Shown here piece after piece: positions 1 through 13,000 of a DNA stretch of 64,000 nt (its first letter is position 1; the number at the start of each line of letters is the position of its first letter). Source of the DNA: Dipteris shenzhenensis (taxonomy: Eukaryota); the NCBI GenBank assembly GCA_047967505.1, contig CM106538.1; one strand, given 5' to 3'. The position numbers and the translations under genes are program-made. The notes under the pieces are model-generated. The model searched no databases. It worked only from the letters and a program-made list of their open reading frames with translations, and was not told the DNA's origin.

Positions 1-29
1 ACATATAACATGGTATTTGCAAAACATTG

Positions 30-410
30 ACATTTGTGAATCTAGACGGATGCCTTTGTTCCTAGGTAAAGCAATAACATGCCAGGGAATACAGGCATTA
101 CGTGTCTACCCAATTGAAACTCTAATGTTCTAACACCTAGTTTTTCTTGGATGGTGGCAGGTAAGTGGACCCTGACCCTGGAACCTGGACTACTTGATGG
201 ATTCGACACCCTTTTCTAATCTTGTGTTCCTATTGCTAGCTTAATATGATTATAAATTCTCATTTTTGTTAGAATTTTGCAAACTCTCAATTTTTTACAA
301 GTCCCAACTTAGATGTTGTAAATATTTTTGTACTTGTCTCATATATAACTTTTTATCCAAATGGTGGAATTAATTGTATGGCCCATTTATTAATGGGACT
401 ATTAAATCTA
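30..410. repeat. Dispersed repeat, inverted copy at ~50490-50890
   Basis: Colinear blocks match in reverse complement, e.g. cttggatggtggcaggtaagtggaccctgacc vs ggtcagggtccacttacttgccaccctccaag, and gaatctagacggatgcctttgttcctaggtaa vs ttacctaggaacaagaacatccctctagattc. Confidence 0.8.
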
Positions 411-413
<3 letters not shown>

Positions 414-448
<35 letters not shown>

Positions 449-506
449 CACACACACGCACACACACACACACACACGTGCGTGCGCATGCATGCATGCA
501 CACACA
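414..506. repeat. (CA)n microsatellite
   Basis: Direct inspection. Confidence 0.95.
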
Positions 507-942
507 TTCGTTGCTTTGAATTCCAGAGGTAATTTTTTTCTATCGCCTTAAGCCCACTCAAGCCCTAGTCTAAGGGAGTGCTTCATGGTCCCTACACCCC
601 ACACAAGGTAGGGGGCTAGATGAAACTACTCTCAAGGTGTAGGGTGCCTGGATTGCTCAATGGAAGAAGTGGTTTTGTCATTTTCTCTTTTGCATGCATT
701 CAATATTCATGCATTATGTATCATGCAATAGATGTTAGACATCACTAGTCGCACTAAAACATGGATTTTGTATATGTAGATATTATATGCAATTTGCAAA
801 CTTCCATATAGTTTTTTGGTGAGATGGAAGGTTACATTGGCTCTAAGCATAAGCATGCATGCTATGTTTCCAAAGGCATAACACAAACTAGTTAATCAGT
901 TGTGCTTTGAGAGAAGATGCTAGAGTAGATAAATAATAGGTT

Positions 943-1105
943 TGTGTGTGTTTGTGTGTACACACATGCACACATGTGCATGTGTACACACATGCACATA
1001 TGTGTGTGTGTAAACACATGTGCACATGTGTGCACATGCATGCATGCATATGTGTGCACGTGCATGTGTGTGTGTGTGTTTGCATGTGTGTGTGCAAGTG
1101 CATGT
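943..1105. repeat. Degenerate (TG)/(CA)/TGCA alternating purine-pyrimidine tract
   Basis: Direct inspection. It explains the spurious H/T/C/V-rich ORFs at 888-1174. Confidence 0.9.
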
Positions 1106-2992
1106 TGTGACATGAAGTTGGGGGTAATAAACTTCACGCACCTCTTCACTTCCTACTGCTTTCAAACTGAGTGATAGAGATCTTTATCACTGGGAAAGGG
1201 ACATTAGAAATAAGCTTTTATACCAAGAGACCACACCATACTTTCCTCCCTTAGATGAGAATAAAGATGGTAACATCCCAAGTGATGTTGTACTCAAGCA
1301 TAGGGAGAAGGAAAGCATCAGCAGAAGCCATAATCTTAGTAAGCCGGTCTGTGCCAAAGAGAAGAGCGATACATTGTTAAAAGAAGATCTTGCGGCTCAA
1401 CATGACGTGAACTAATATATATCGAGGAGTTTGAAGGGGATGATTGGGTCAGATGGGTAGGTTCCGAGGAAACATTGCACCTCCTTCATAAATACCTTTA
1501 CAATTGCCTCAAAACACTCTCCAAAATATTATAAGACATAGAGACCCATAACTTTCAACAAATACATGATATCAAATATTCAAACACATATTAAAATGCG
1601 TCTTCAAATGGGCTTCGCTCTGATATAAGTTGCATAAGAAACAGAGAAGCGGTCGGAAAGATATGGGCAGTTTACTAGACGGGGGTAAACATTATCTGGG
1701 AAAAAACAGTCACACACAGAGTCATAGATTTTTGTTTTGACATCCAATACAATAATTGAATACATAAAATGATGCTCCTTGAAGAGAGCTTTGTGGTAAT
1801 ATAAGTTTCATTCAAATGGGACCATCGAGCAAAAAGTTATGAGCAAAATATTGACAAGGGGTCAAACTATCATGAAAAACACTTACTCCTTCTATTGGTG
1901 CCGACTTGGGAGACTACTACCTCCATGCTTAGACTTAATTAATGATCTAAGTCCCATAGAGGTCACCTAGGAGGTAAGAAAGAGCCCTTTTGTGGCTTGG
2001 GAAATAGATAAACCATGTATGCACAATGAGCAGCCAAATAGACAACACTTCTGAGCACTTTGGAAGAGAAAGCAATGGAAAAAAAGGGAAGAGACACTCA
2101 CAAGTGAGAACTGAAGTGACCTTCATTACCAATAGAGTGAGACTCCACTCTAATGCAACTCAAAATACTACAAACACAAAGGAGAAGAAGAGGTTTCATA
2201 CGTACAAGAGGGAGCGGAAGCTCCAAGACTACTCATAGAGAGAGAATGAACTAGAGAGAGATGGACTCAAGAGTCTACATAAGAGAATATCTACAAGAGG
2301 GAGAGAAGGCTCATGGAAGAGGTTTGAGGAGACTAGAGCTACAACAACATGAGGCCTAATGATGGAAGAGATGAAGAAGGGAGAGGAGGGCTCCTTTTAT
2401 AGAGATTTTGTCACCCTCCTTCACCCATTTATAATTGCTGCCTGTAGATTCTTTTCCCCATCAATCACATAAGCCCGTGTGTCACCATCCATGTCCTTTT
2501 TGGCTACTCTTGCCATGTGTCCCATCAAAAGATGCTCAAGACTCTTAAAATATTGAGAAAGTCAAAAGTCTCCCCACATGGAGCCCTCGCTTTTCCATAT
2601 GTCCACATCCTCCTTATTCCACATGGGAATTCTAGAAGGATTCCTCTTGACTCCACACTCCTCCACATGCCTTCCACATGCTTGGCATGTGGCCTCTCTT
2701 ATATTATTGGAACACATGGACATGAACCCACCTCTTTATATGACTCACTCTTCCTATTTTCTAAAAACCCCATAATATACACAAATAACTCTCATGCCAT
2801 ACCAAGGTATTTATAATTCATACCTATGGTATTTACAATGATCCATTCCACTCATCCTCTTAATCCCATACAATATCTTAGAAAATAGAAATAAGTGAGA
2901 GCTGCTAGGCTATCACTAGATACTCAAAATCTTATCAAACATAGAAGAAAACAATACCAATGCCAAATAAAAAATATCAATTTTTGGTGTCA
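1106..2992 (-). repeat. Probable 3' LTR of the Tat-like element (~1.9 kb)
   Basis: Minus strand starts TGACA at 2992 directly after the PPT. TATA-like CTCTATAAAAGG lies near 2393-2404. The far end (...GTCACA at 1106) is tentative because there is no second LTR to compare. Confidence 0.55.
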
Positions 2993-3007
2993 GATCTTTC
3001 CCCCCCC
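2993..3007 (-). promoter_or_regulatory. Polypurine tract
   Basis: Minus strand GGGGGGGGAAAGATC, immediately before TGACA and just after the pol stop. Confidence 0.75.
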
Positions 3008-3048
3008 ATAGCAGATCCTCTCTAGTAACAGAGAGGGTCTGCTAGCCC

Positions 3049-5900
3049 TCAAGGTGGTTGAGCATAGAAGAATTTAAGATGATACTTATTGGTGCATCCG
3101 AGTATCACCATGCCATTAAAATCCTCAAGCTGATAGGTTCCATTCAAGGTGACATTCATATACATCCTTATGGAGGCGTGGCCAAAAGTAACCAATCTCT
3201 GCTTCTGTTGTGGAGTTAACCCTCGAGGAAACATGCCTTCTTTCACATATTGCTGAACATCTTGCAGTTCTGGCCATCCAGTGTCTACCAAAGAAACCAC
3301 CCCTCGGTCTTGTACTACAATGGCTTGAGTAGCCAGCTCATCTGCCCTTTGATTTTCTTTTCTATTTATATGAACAAACTTGCAAAAATCAAATTGACTG
3401 CATAGTGCCATAGCCTTTTGATTAAGCTCCTTCAAATGAGGACTTCTTGTCTTGTGATACCCTTGCATTTGCTTTATAATAAGCTGAGAATCTCCTCTTA
3501 CTTCCCATTCTTTAACTTGACTTTGAAGACAACCCTCCAAACCAAGAATCAAAGCATTATACTCAGCTACATTGTTAGTTGTGATACTTGAAAACTCTTG
3601 TCCTCTCGCCCACACCTCTTGACCTTTACAATTCATCAAGAGTATCCCCTCGGCTCCCTATTGGCATGAAGGACTAAAAGCCCCATCAAAATACAAGACA
3701 AAAGCTGTTGGTGGTGTCTCCCTTTCATCATTAATGTCCTCCTTGTATTTCTTTTCTTCTCTTAGATCCTGCCGTCTTGTGAGCAACAAATCTGCCATAG
3801 TGGACCTAGTGGTATTTTCAATGACAAAGAGAAAGAGAACTCTTGAAGCTCTGACAACCATTTTGCAAATCTCCCCCCAGGATTAGGCTTGCGAACTAGA
3901 TATGCTAATATAGACTGAGAGGTAAGGAAGAAAAATGGCTGAGGTAATAAGTAGGAGCGAAACTTTCTGAATGAAAACACCAAAGAGAGGGCTTTTTGCT
4001 TCATTTCTTCATACCTTGTTTCCACCTCTGTATGCTGTCAGCTGGCATAATAGATGGGTTGCATTCTACCTGCCTCCCCTTTTTGTAGCAATATAGCACC
4101 AACTGTATGCAAAGATACACTTGGATTTACATAAAAGTCTTGAGACCAATCAGGGGGCTTCAATATTGGGCCCTTACTCATGGCCTCCTTAAGTTGCTGA
4201 TAAGACTCTTGTTGCTCCACACCCCATTGGAAAGAAACTCCTTTTCTTGTCAACAAGTTCATGGGATGCACTATCTCTGTGAAATCATCACAAAACCGCT
4301 GATAATACTTGCTCTTTTCTAGAATTCTGTGAACACCAGTGACATTCTCAGGATTTGGCAATGCATGATTGCTTAATTTTGTGAGGATCCATTTCCAGGC
4401 CTTCTTCAGACACAATATACCCCAACAAGACTACTTTTGTTTGAGCCAAATGACACTTGCTAGGATTTAGATACCCTTTTGCTTCATCAATCCTAGCTAA
4501 GGCCATCTTTAACTTCTCCATGTGATCTGTGGGCCGAGAATAAATGCAAAAATCATCCAAAAACACCCTTATGAACTTTCCCAAGTAAGGCTTGAGCACT
4601 TGACTCATGAACCTTTGAAATGTAGCTGGTGCATTGGTCAACCCAAAAGCCATCACTCTATAAGCAAAAACTCTCCAAGGTGTGACAAATGATGTTTTCT
4701 TTTGATCTTCCTCCCAAATATGAATTTGAAAGTACCCAGAGTACCCCATCACATATAGAATACATCTCATGCCCTGCTACTTGGTCTAGTATTTCATCTT
4801 GGAATGGCAAAGGAAAATGATCCCTCTTAGTGCATGCATTCAAAGGATGAAAGTCCACACAAACTCGCCACTTATTTCCTTTCTTTGGTGTGACAACTAC
4901 AGGAGATATCCATTCTGAATCATCAACAGGAAAGATGAATCCCAACTCAAGTAGTTGTGTTACCTCTTTCTTTAGTGCCTCAGCTTGGATCATCCCCAAT
5001 CGCCTTAGCATTGCATAATTGGCTTCAACTCAATCTTGTGCTCCGCAAGAGAGACTGGTCGAACCTATGAATAGCTTGTTGCAAAGAGACATTGAAAATC
5101 ATCTAAGATATCCAAGTATTGGAACTTCTCACTACCTGCTAATAGAGAATCACCAAGAAGCTCTTCATTGCATTGGCGTCATTTAGTGTGCTCCACATCC
5201 TCCACATGAAGTGTCTCTATAGGATCTTCTTGTACCACCACCTTGTTCCCTCCTGACTCATCCCAATCAACACCAAGACAAAGACCAAAGGCCACTCCTT
5301 CCACCTCATCCTCTGAGCTGGACTCCTCAGAGCTACACCATGTCTCTTCTTCTTCATCGGTTAAGTCAGAGCTCTCGAACTCTTTGATATTAAAGACTCC
5401 ACCTTGACAACTTCCTTTCTGTGACTTTTGATGTTATAGCGCACCTTCTTATCATTTCCTTTCAAAATCAATTCTCTAGTATCCCACTTTTGAATAGCCT
5501 TCACCTTGTGTAGCCAAGGCATTCCCAAAATCAATGGATAGGGATGTGCATCTGGCTTAATAGGGATCACCTGAAAAGTAGTCAGCACAGAAATTTCACA
5601 TACATCCACTTCTAGATTCTTCACAACTCCCAAGGTCTTAACCCTATTGTTGTCAGCCAATTTGATGCGATAAGGAGAGGTAGTACTAGAGTATTTAAAA
5701 TTAGCATCTATCATGGTCTTCTCACTCATGACATTAATCGATGCACCTCCATCAATGTACACATTAGAAATCACTTGACCATCAATGATCACATCAACCA
5801 CACGTACATCATCACCAACATCTATATCTACCTTTTGAACAATAGGAATGGCACTTTCTTCTTTTTCTTCTTTGATACTCTTGTGCTTGCTAGCTTGCCC
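3049..5900 (-). pseudogene. Frameshifted Ty3/gypsy pol
   Basis: Protease VYIDGGASINVM (5361-5801). RT WISPVVVTPKK..WRVCVDF, FGLTNAPATFQR, VFLDDF (4348-5011). RH PILKPPDW..PIYYAS (3762-4415). aRH LYFDGA, TNNVAEYNAL, GDSQL, NQRADELA (3049-3700). INT tail GTYQLEDF..HLKFFY. Confidence 0.92.
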
Positions 5901-7699
5901 TCGTAGTCATGATAAGTAGATATTGGTGTTGGATTCAATCACCTGTGGTCTCTCAAATTCTCCTCAAGTTCCAGACACTCCATGGATTGTCTTGCATGGT
6001 GATCAAGATCTTACCGACACCAACCATAAGAAATCCCTCCTCAACCAAAAATATCAACCAGACCAATAGGAAGATCATCATGAAGTCATTGCTAGTGTGG
6101 AAGGTGGGGCCCGCCATGCCACCCCATCGGCTAAAAACTTTACAAAGAGAATCAAAGAAGCTGCCAGGTCCATTGGGTCAAGGATGGAGAAAAGATTTAA
6201 TTTTTTTAGATATGCCTATAAAGTCTTTGCTTACTAATTGGGGTGGAGAGGAGCAAGGGTTTGGATAGGAAAACACAAAGGTTTTATCATTGTAGTTTCA
6301 CCCTCTTAACTCACACTGAATTGATTGATTGTCATTGCAAGAGATTAATGTGATGAGTGCCAAGAGATTAATGTGATGAATTGCAACTAAATGCTTGATT
6401 TTATACTGACATGTCATTCATTTCATCTTATATTGTATTTCATTCTTCATGAATTGATTAAACATAGGATATTTCTTATATGCAAGGTAGCGGGATAGCT
6501 TATACACATTGCTTAAAAAGGAACTAAGAAATTTGAGTCATATAGCTTATGTTTTTAAGTTTACATATATCAAAGATTAAATTACGTACAAGTGGCATTG
6601 ATAATACCATATGTAATGTTTCATTGTCAAATTATTAAATTTGATTTACAATTATTGAGCAATTATTGAGACCTTTACATGAGTTGCAATGCCTCTCCAA
6701 TGCCTACATGATCAAAACTTTTGTAATGTTAATATTTTCTTTTAATAAAATTTTTTCTCTTTTGCAAGAAAAATTAATCCATAATGGGGTAGATTTTAAT
6801 GAGACCTTTGCAGGAGTTGCAATGTCTACATGATCAAACCATGGATGACAAGATATAGTTGCATTTGTGTGAAGTCATATGATATGGTCCATAGAAGGAT
6901 GATGGATTATTGTAAGACGACCATATTATAGAATAATAATTGTTTATCTAAACTCTATAGGTCACAGATGTGAAGAATATGCATTCACATAGGCACATAG
7001 AAGGATAGGCATTCATTAAATCGGCATAAAGCATATGCTAGCATTCACATATAGCATAAACATACATCATAATGCATATAGAAATGTAGAAGCATGAGGA
7101 AGCATGGACATAGGTATATAGAAACATAGAAGCATAGACATAGGAATTCACACGGGCATACATAAACATAGGCATATAGCTTAAAGTATTTACATGAAAT
7201 TTACATAAAGCAACCTGGTGCCTGCTAGGTCAACCATAGAAATAGCCTACGAGGTCTCTCTACCTATATCAACTTTCCATCATGTAATATTAACAATAAC
7301 ATCAAATTGGCTATCTATCCAAGAGTATTTTGATATGAGTAGAAATAGCTTATTTGCGATGCATGTAGGAATTCTCATCTAGGCCACAATTCAATTCTTG
7401 AAGCCACAGAGCTTGAGGTGTGGAATGGTCAAGCTTTTGGAGTATGTGAGAATGCTATAGAGATCTTCCATAGAGGAAGAGATTCAAAAGCTTCAAAGCA
7501 TCATAGAAACACTATTCTGATGCACCATCGTATGTGGCAAAACATTGAAGGACGATGGTCTATTTCATAGTTTTTCTTCTTTTTGTTTAACCCTATGAGT
7601 GGATGAGTCACAAAGATTTTATGCATACAGAGATTTGTGTATTGTTGATAAGTGTATTAAAGCATTATTGTAGGGTGTTTTGAGTCCTACACGGCCCCC

Positions 7700-7996
7700 T
7701 CTGTGTGAGTAGGGTGATTGAACTTGCTAACTCGTTTGGTGATTAACTAGTTGACATGACGGGGTTCTCAACATCCTCCCTCCTTAAGCTACTGGGAAGA
7801 TAAAAAGTTGCATCAGGAGTGAGGCTTGTTGTGCCTTTTGAAAGATTTCAAAGTTGGTGGAGGTGTTATCATGGTATCTCAAAATATTGTGGTTGAGATT
7901 ACATCTGATCATTGCTATAAGGATGGTGACTCAATTTCCCAAGAAGACCAAAACTCAGGTAGACTTGTGCTTGGAATCAACAATGAAGGTGGCCAA
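7700..7996 (-). mobile_element. PPT/LTR junction fragment of another LTR retrotransposon
   Basis: Minus strand CTTAAGGAGGGAGGA followed by TGTTGAGAACCCC (LTR start at 7773). Extent unknown. Confidence 0.5.
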
Positions 7997-8599
7997 GACT
8001 CCTTGTGTGGTGGTCAGATTCGTGTCAATTAGAATGCATTATAGATAAGCATGCACTTGAAAATTTGTTAACAAACCTTATATAGTGAAAATTTGTATTC
8101 TTTTAATAAGTCAATTCCTTCATCCAATTATACCCTATCTAGGTGTTCTCTTAAATTAGTATTTTCAAAAGTTTTCTTATTCTAACTATTGTCAAACAAC
8201 ATGCAAATTTGAAATGAGAGTGACCCCGATAGAGGAGGGCACAAATGACACACACATGACTTAGTGAGGTGGACAAAGTGGTGCTAAGGTGGTAAGGAAT
8301 ACCTCGATCAGGTATCCACATGGGGTTGCCACAATGTAAACAAACCAACCAACAAAAAAGAAATATTTTGAAAAAATTTTGATTTTTTGGAAGACTCCTC
8401 TTGCTTAGATTGTCCCTCCTCGTTCCACCTTGAGCTTGTGCCATCTCCCCTCTCTTTCTCTCTCATTTAGCCTCCCTTGTTGCGATCCTCTTCTCGCCCT
8501 TCTCCGCTCTCACTTGCTCTACTCCTTCGCCCATGGCTTCCTCTGTTGTTGCCCCTGCTGCTGCTGCCAACTCCCTCCACTCCTCCCAGGTTCCTCCTT

Positions 8600-8630
<31 letters not shown>

Positions 8631-10079
8631 GGTTTTTTCTCTTTCTCTCAATGAAATGGCTTGTAGTGGAGCAGCGGCACCCAATATGCTAAGAATTAAA
8701 ATGCGCTCAAGTGTGAGATTTTTAGCATCCCACTCTTGCCTTGTAGCGTTACATGAATAGAGCAGCGGCACCCAATCTGTGAGAATTTAAATGCACACAA
8801 TAGAGAGATTTTCATCATCCTGATCTGGTGTTTGTAGTGTTGCATGCGTAGAGGAGGGGCACCCAAAATAAGTAGAGGATGCGAGAATTAGAATGTGTGA
8901 GCGAGAGAGAGGGAAGAGAGAGAGAGTCCTTCCCCACCTCCCTCCCTTCCATGTCCTTTTTGCTCATTTTAGTTTGGGGAGTAGAACTAGGACACTGGTG
9001 AGTCGTGACTACATGCTTTGTGTTTCTTCCAAGTTCCGTTGCTTTGTACAGTGGCTCGTTGAGGAAACTCTGTTTGTTGGGAATTCTTCATGTTGTCTCT
9101 CGACGAGCTTCTGCTGCTTCTCCCACCTCAGTGCTCACTCTTATGCCTTTGAAGCTTCCTGGTCTCACACTTCCACATCAGTAGCCCTCTCGAGTCTCAT
9201 CATCCCACAAACTAGGCCTAGCTCCCTCATTGCTTGTGCGTTGAACATCAAAATAGAAAAGTTCAAGCGTTCATATATTATTGAGTTTGGATAGAAGTCG
9301 CTTTCATGAGTGGGTCTCCTCAGTCTTAGCATGATGTTTGCCATTGTTTCATTCATCCACCATCATTCCACTGTGAGTTTTGCCTGGTCATCATGACTCG
9401 TCATTCATGAATGAGGGTTGTTGCTGTGGAGTCCCTCCCCCAGCTTGGGCTCAAGAAATCCGTTGATGAAGATTGCAAGCATGCATTGGCGGAATGGCAA
9501 GTAAATCAATCTGATAGTTATTCAAGGCAAGCACATAGGTGATCGACAATCCAGCGAGACTTGCATCGTAAAATCTCGTAATTCAATGCAAGATGTGAAA
9601 ACTTAAAAGATGTTCGATTACTTTTCAAAGTGACAGTGAGAAGAAAGAGGAGACTATTGAGCCAGAGAGATTTTCTTCATAGGGAGTAGGGACCCAACAA
9701 AAGCTTGTGACTCCCTTCATGATGCCTCCCCTAATCCATGATCAGGAATCGAACTTCAACTTTGAAGTCTTGTCTCGTCTTTTGCCTGAAGCTATGATTT
9801 TTTATCCTGCAAAATGACATATTGTACTTACTTGAGAAATAGCATGGTAAAGCAATATCTACGAGGGTCGTAACTCTTGTGGTCCTCCCTTTACGTGCTT
9901 TTTTGTGGCAACTAAAGGAAAACTTAGGCAAGGAGGCATTGGGTATTAGCAAAGGAAAATCTTGGGTCTATCTAGCCGAAAACAAGTTTGGCCTACATCA
10001 AAGACCATAAACAGCTGAGAGTGAGTATGAGAGAATTATGAACAATAAGTCTGGCCTATGTCAAAGACCATAAACGGCT

Positions 10080-13000
10080 TGTGAAGATAGTGGGAGAGAG
10101 GAAAGGAGTCTCACTTGCGGCTTTCTCACATACACAATGGGGGAATACACACACAGGTGGAGGCTGAAAATAGTTTTCCTCTTCTTAGTTGTGAAAGCCA
10201 AAAAAGAACTCTAGTATAAAGAAATAGAAGAACCCTATATGTGGGTCTCAAACCAAACTCAACTAACTAAGGTGGCATACTAACTGAGCCACGAACTAGA
10301 GTAGATAAGGATAGCTGTCATCCAGCTATTATTCGTGGGTGGTGTACCAACCGCATCTACAGCTAACAAGTCGGTGACATAAATGCACAACGATCACCCT
10401 GGCATATCGCGAGTGGAGCTCGATATCTCAACACTCCCCCTCGAGCTCAATCCCAATCCTTGCACACCATGGAGGTCTCTGAACTTGCGTAGCTTCTCTG
10501 TGCCCAATGCCTTCATGAATATGTCAGCTACTTGATCCTCTGTGCTGACATAAACTAGATCAATAAGACCTAGTAAAACCTTCTCCTGCACATAGTGATA
10601 ATGCACCTCAATGTGCTTTGTTCTAGCATGATAGACTGGGTTATTTGCCAAGTGTATACTACTCATGTTGTCACAATAAATGACAACTGGCCCATCTGTA
10701 GACTTGCTAGAGGACACTGTAGGTCCACTGATATTTTGTGACTGTTGCATTGAGTTCTGTGCAACATTACCATTTTGTGCATCTACATCAATCATCACAT
10801 TTACTGGTTTATACCAGCTGCTCATCTCATAAAAAACAACATCTCTGCTCAATGTAAACTTACGAGTAGAAGGGTTATAGCATCTATACCCTTTCTGTTG
10901 AGAGAATAACCAATAAAGATGCACTTCTCAGCTTTTAGATCCAACTTGGACCCCAACTCATCTGGCACATGAACATAGGCAATGCAACAAAAAATTTTCA
11001 AATGAGAAATGTCTGGTTTCCTACTAGTATACATCTCCTCTGGTGTCATGCCATGTATTGCTGCAGTGGGAGTCCTGTTCATTATGTAAACTGTTGTAGC
11101 CATTGCTTCAGCCCAATAATAATTTGGTAGATCTTTCTCATTTAGCATGGCCCGAGATGCCTCTCCAATATGCCTGTTTTTCCTTTCTGCAAGTCCATTT
11201 TGCTGTGGGGTATGACTGCATGAATATTGCTGCTTTATGCCATGCTCCTGCAAGAACCTTGCAAACTCATTTGAGAGATACTCTCCCCCTCCATCTGACC
11301 TTAGGCATTTTATTTGCATGCCTGTTTCTTTTTCAACCATAGCTTTAAAAGCTTTGAAGTGCCCAAACACTTCACTTTTATTTTTCATAAAATACACCCA
11401 AACTTTTCTGCTGAAGTCATCAATAAAAGTGACAAAATAGTGGCAGCCTCCAATAGATGCAGCTTTAGTAGTCCACACATCAAAGTGGATTAATTTCAAT
11501 GGCTTTTTACTCTCTTGAACATGCCTAGGAAATGGTTTCCTTGCCTGTTTTCCAAACTAACAGGCTTCACAAACCTTATGCATTTCTACAACCTTGAATT
11601 TTTGCAATCCTGCAACAATATTTTGGGCTTGCATTGATTTAAGTCGCTATATATTAACATGACCAATGCGTTTATGCCAGATGTCAATATCTGCAACTAC
11701 ACCGATCCCATGTGCAAACATTGTTGCACTCAATTCAGGCATGCCCGCATCCAACGTAAACATCCTACCTTTCTTCTTTCCTTTTGCTATCAAAAGCGAC
11801 CGTTATCTTTCATATCCTCAACAAAGCATCAATGAGGATTAAATCTGACCTGCAAGCCCTGCTCAACCATTTGACCAATAGAAACCAGGTTCTTAGTGAT
11901 GTTCGGGACATGAAATACATCAGACAGGTATTTCTTTTTCCCATCCTACATAGACAAAGGAATTTTACCAATCTGCACAATAGGATGTGCAGTATCATCA
12001 CCAGTCTCCACAAATCCTGGTTTTTCCATTTTCCTTGCATCTTGCATCCATTCTGCATGACCTGTCATGTGGTTTGATGCACCTGAGTCAACATACCACA
12101 CATCATTTCGTTCTTCTGCACTTGTCACAGAATTGGTCATATGCTGCACCATAAATAGATGCTCATTTCTATCATTACCCTATCTACTAGAAGATGCATA
12201 ATTGCCTTGCTGCAATTTTCCATTCATGATGTCATTCTACTTTTTGTAGCAGTCCTTAGGCATATGACCCATTTTACCACAGTAGTAGCATTCAACATTG
12301 TTGCTTGCATTTTGGCCTCTCTGCCATCCACCACGGCCTCTTTGGCTCCCCCTGCCTCTAAAGTTACCATGTCCTCCTCCATAGGATTGGTTTTCTTGAG
12401 TTTGCTACATATTCTGATTTCTACCACGGCCTGTAGATCGGCCTCCTCTACCTCTGCCTCTACCTCTTCCAGCATTTGAGTAGAAGACAGTTTCTTTTGA
12501 AGTTCCTCCTGAAGAAGATGCACCCCCATTTCTCTGCTCTTCAGAAATTAGAAGAGCAAACAACTCTTCAAAGTCAGGAAATTTTTCACGGACGGCAAGG
12601 ATGTCCAGAACTGTGCATAATCCTTTCCTAGACCATTCAAGGTCATAGAAACTAGATCATCATCTTCCACTGGCAACCCAATGGAAGCAAGTGCATAATC
12701 CTTTCCTAGACCATTCAAGGTCATAGAAACTAGATCATCATCTTCCACTGGCAACCCAATGGAAGCAAGTGCATCTGCAATTTTCTTCACCTTCATGTGG
12801 TAGTCATTGATGCTCAAATTTTCTCTCTGCACATTATGCAACTCCTGTTTGAGCTGCATTTTCTTGGCTTGCGTATTTGTGCTGTACATTTTTGCCAAAG
12901 TATCCCATGCCTCCTTTGGCGTACTTGCATCCTGAATATGCACAATCATAGAATCCGAAATATTGATAGACAGCCAGTACATAACTTTTCTGGCTCTCTC

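Larger units (their letters stand above)
1106..6130 (-). mobile_element. Ty3/gypsy LTR retrotransposon remnant, Tat-like (PR-RT-RH-aRH-INT), 5'-truncated
   Basis: Domain order PR, RT, RH, second RNase H, INT remnants, then PPT and LTR. Outer limits approximate. Confidence 0.85.

Noticed and set aside
370-1174. Cys/His/Val-rich ORFs
   Set aside because: Translations of microsatellites.
7800-7996. Chromodomain remnant upstream of the PPT (IVDSK../EFWSSWE)
   Set aside because: Only a few residues in different frames; not convincing.
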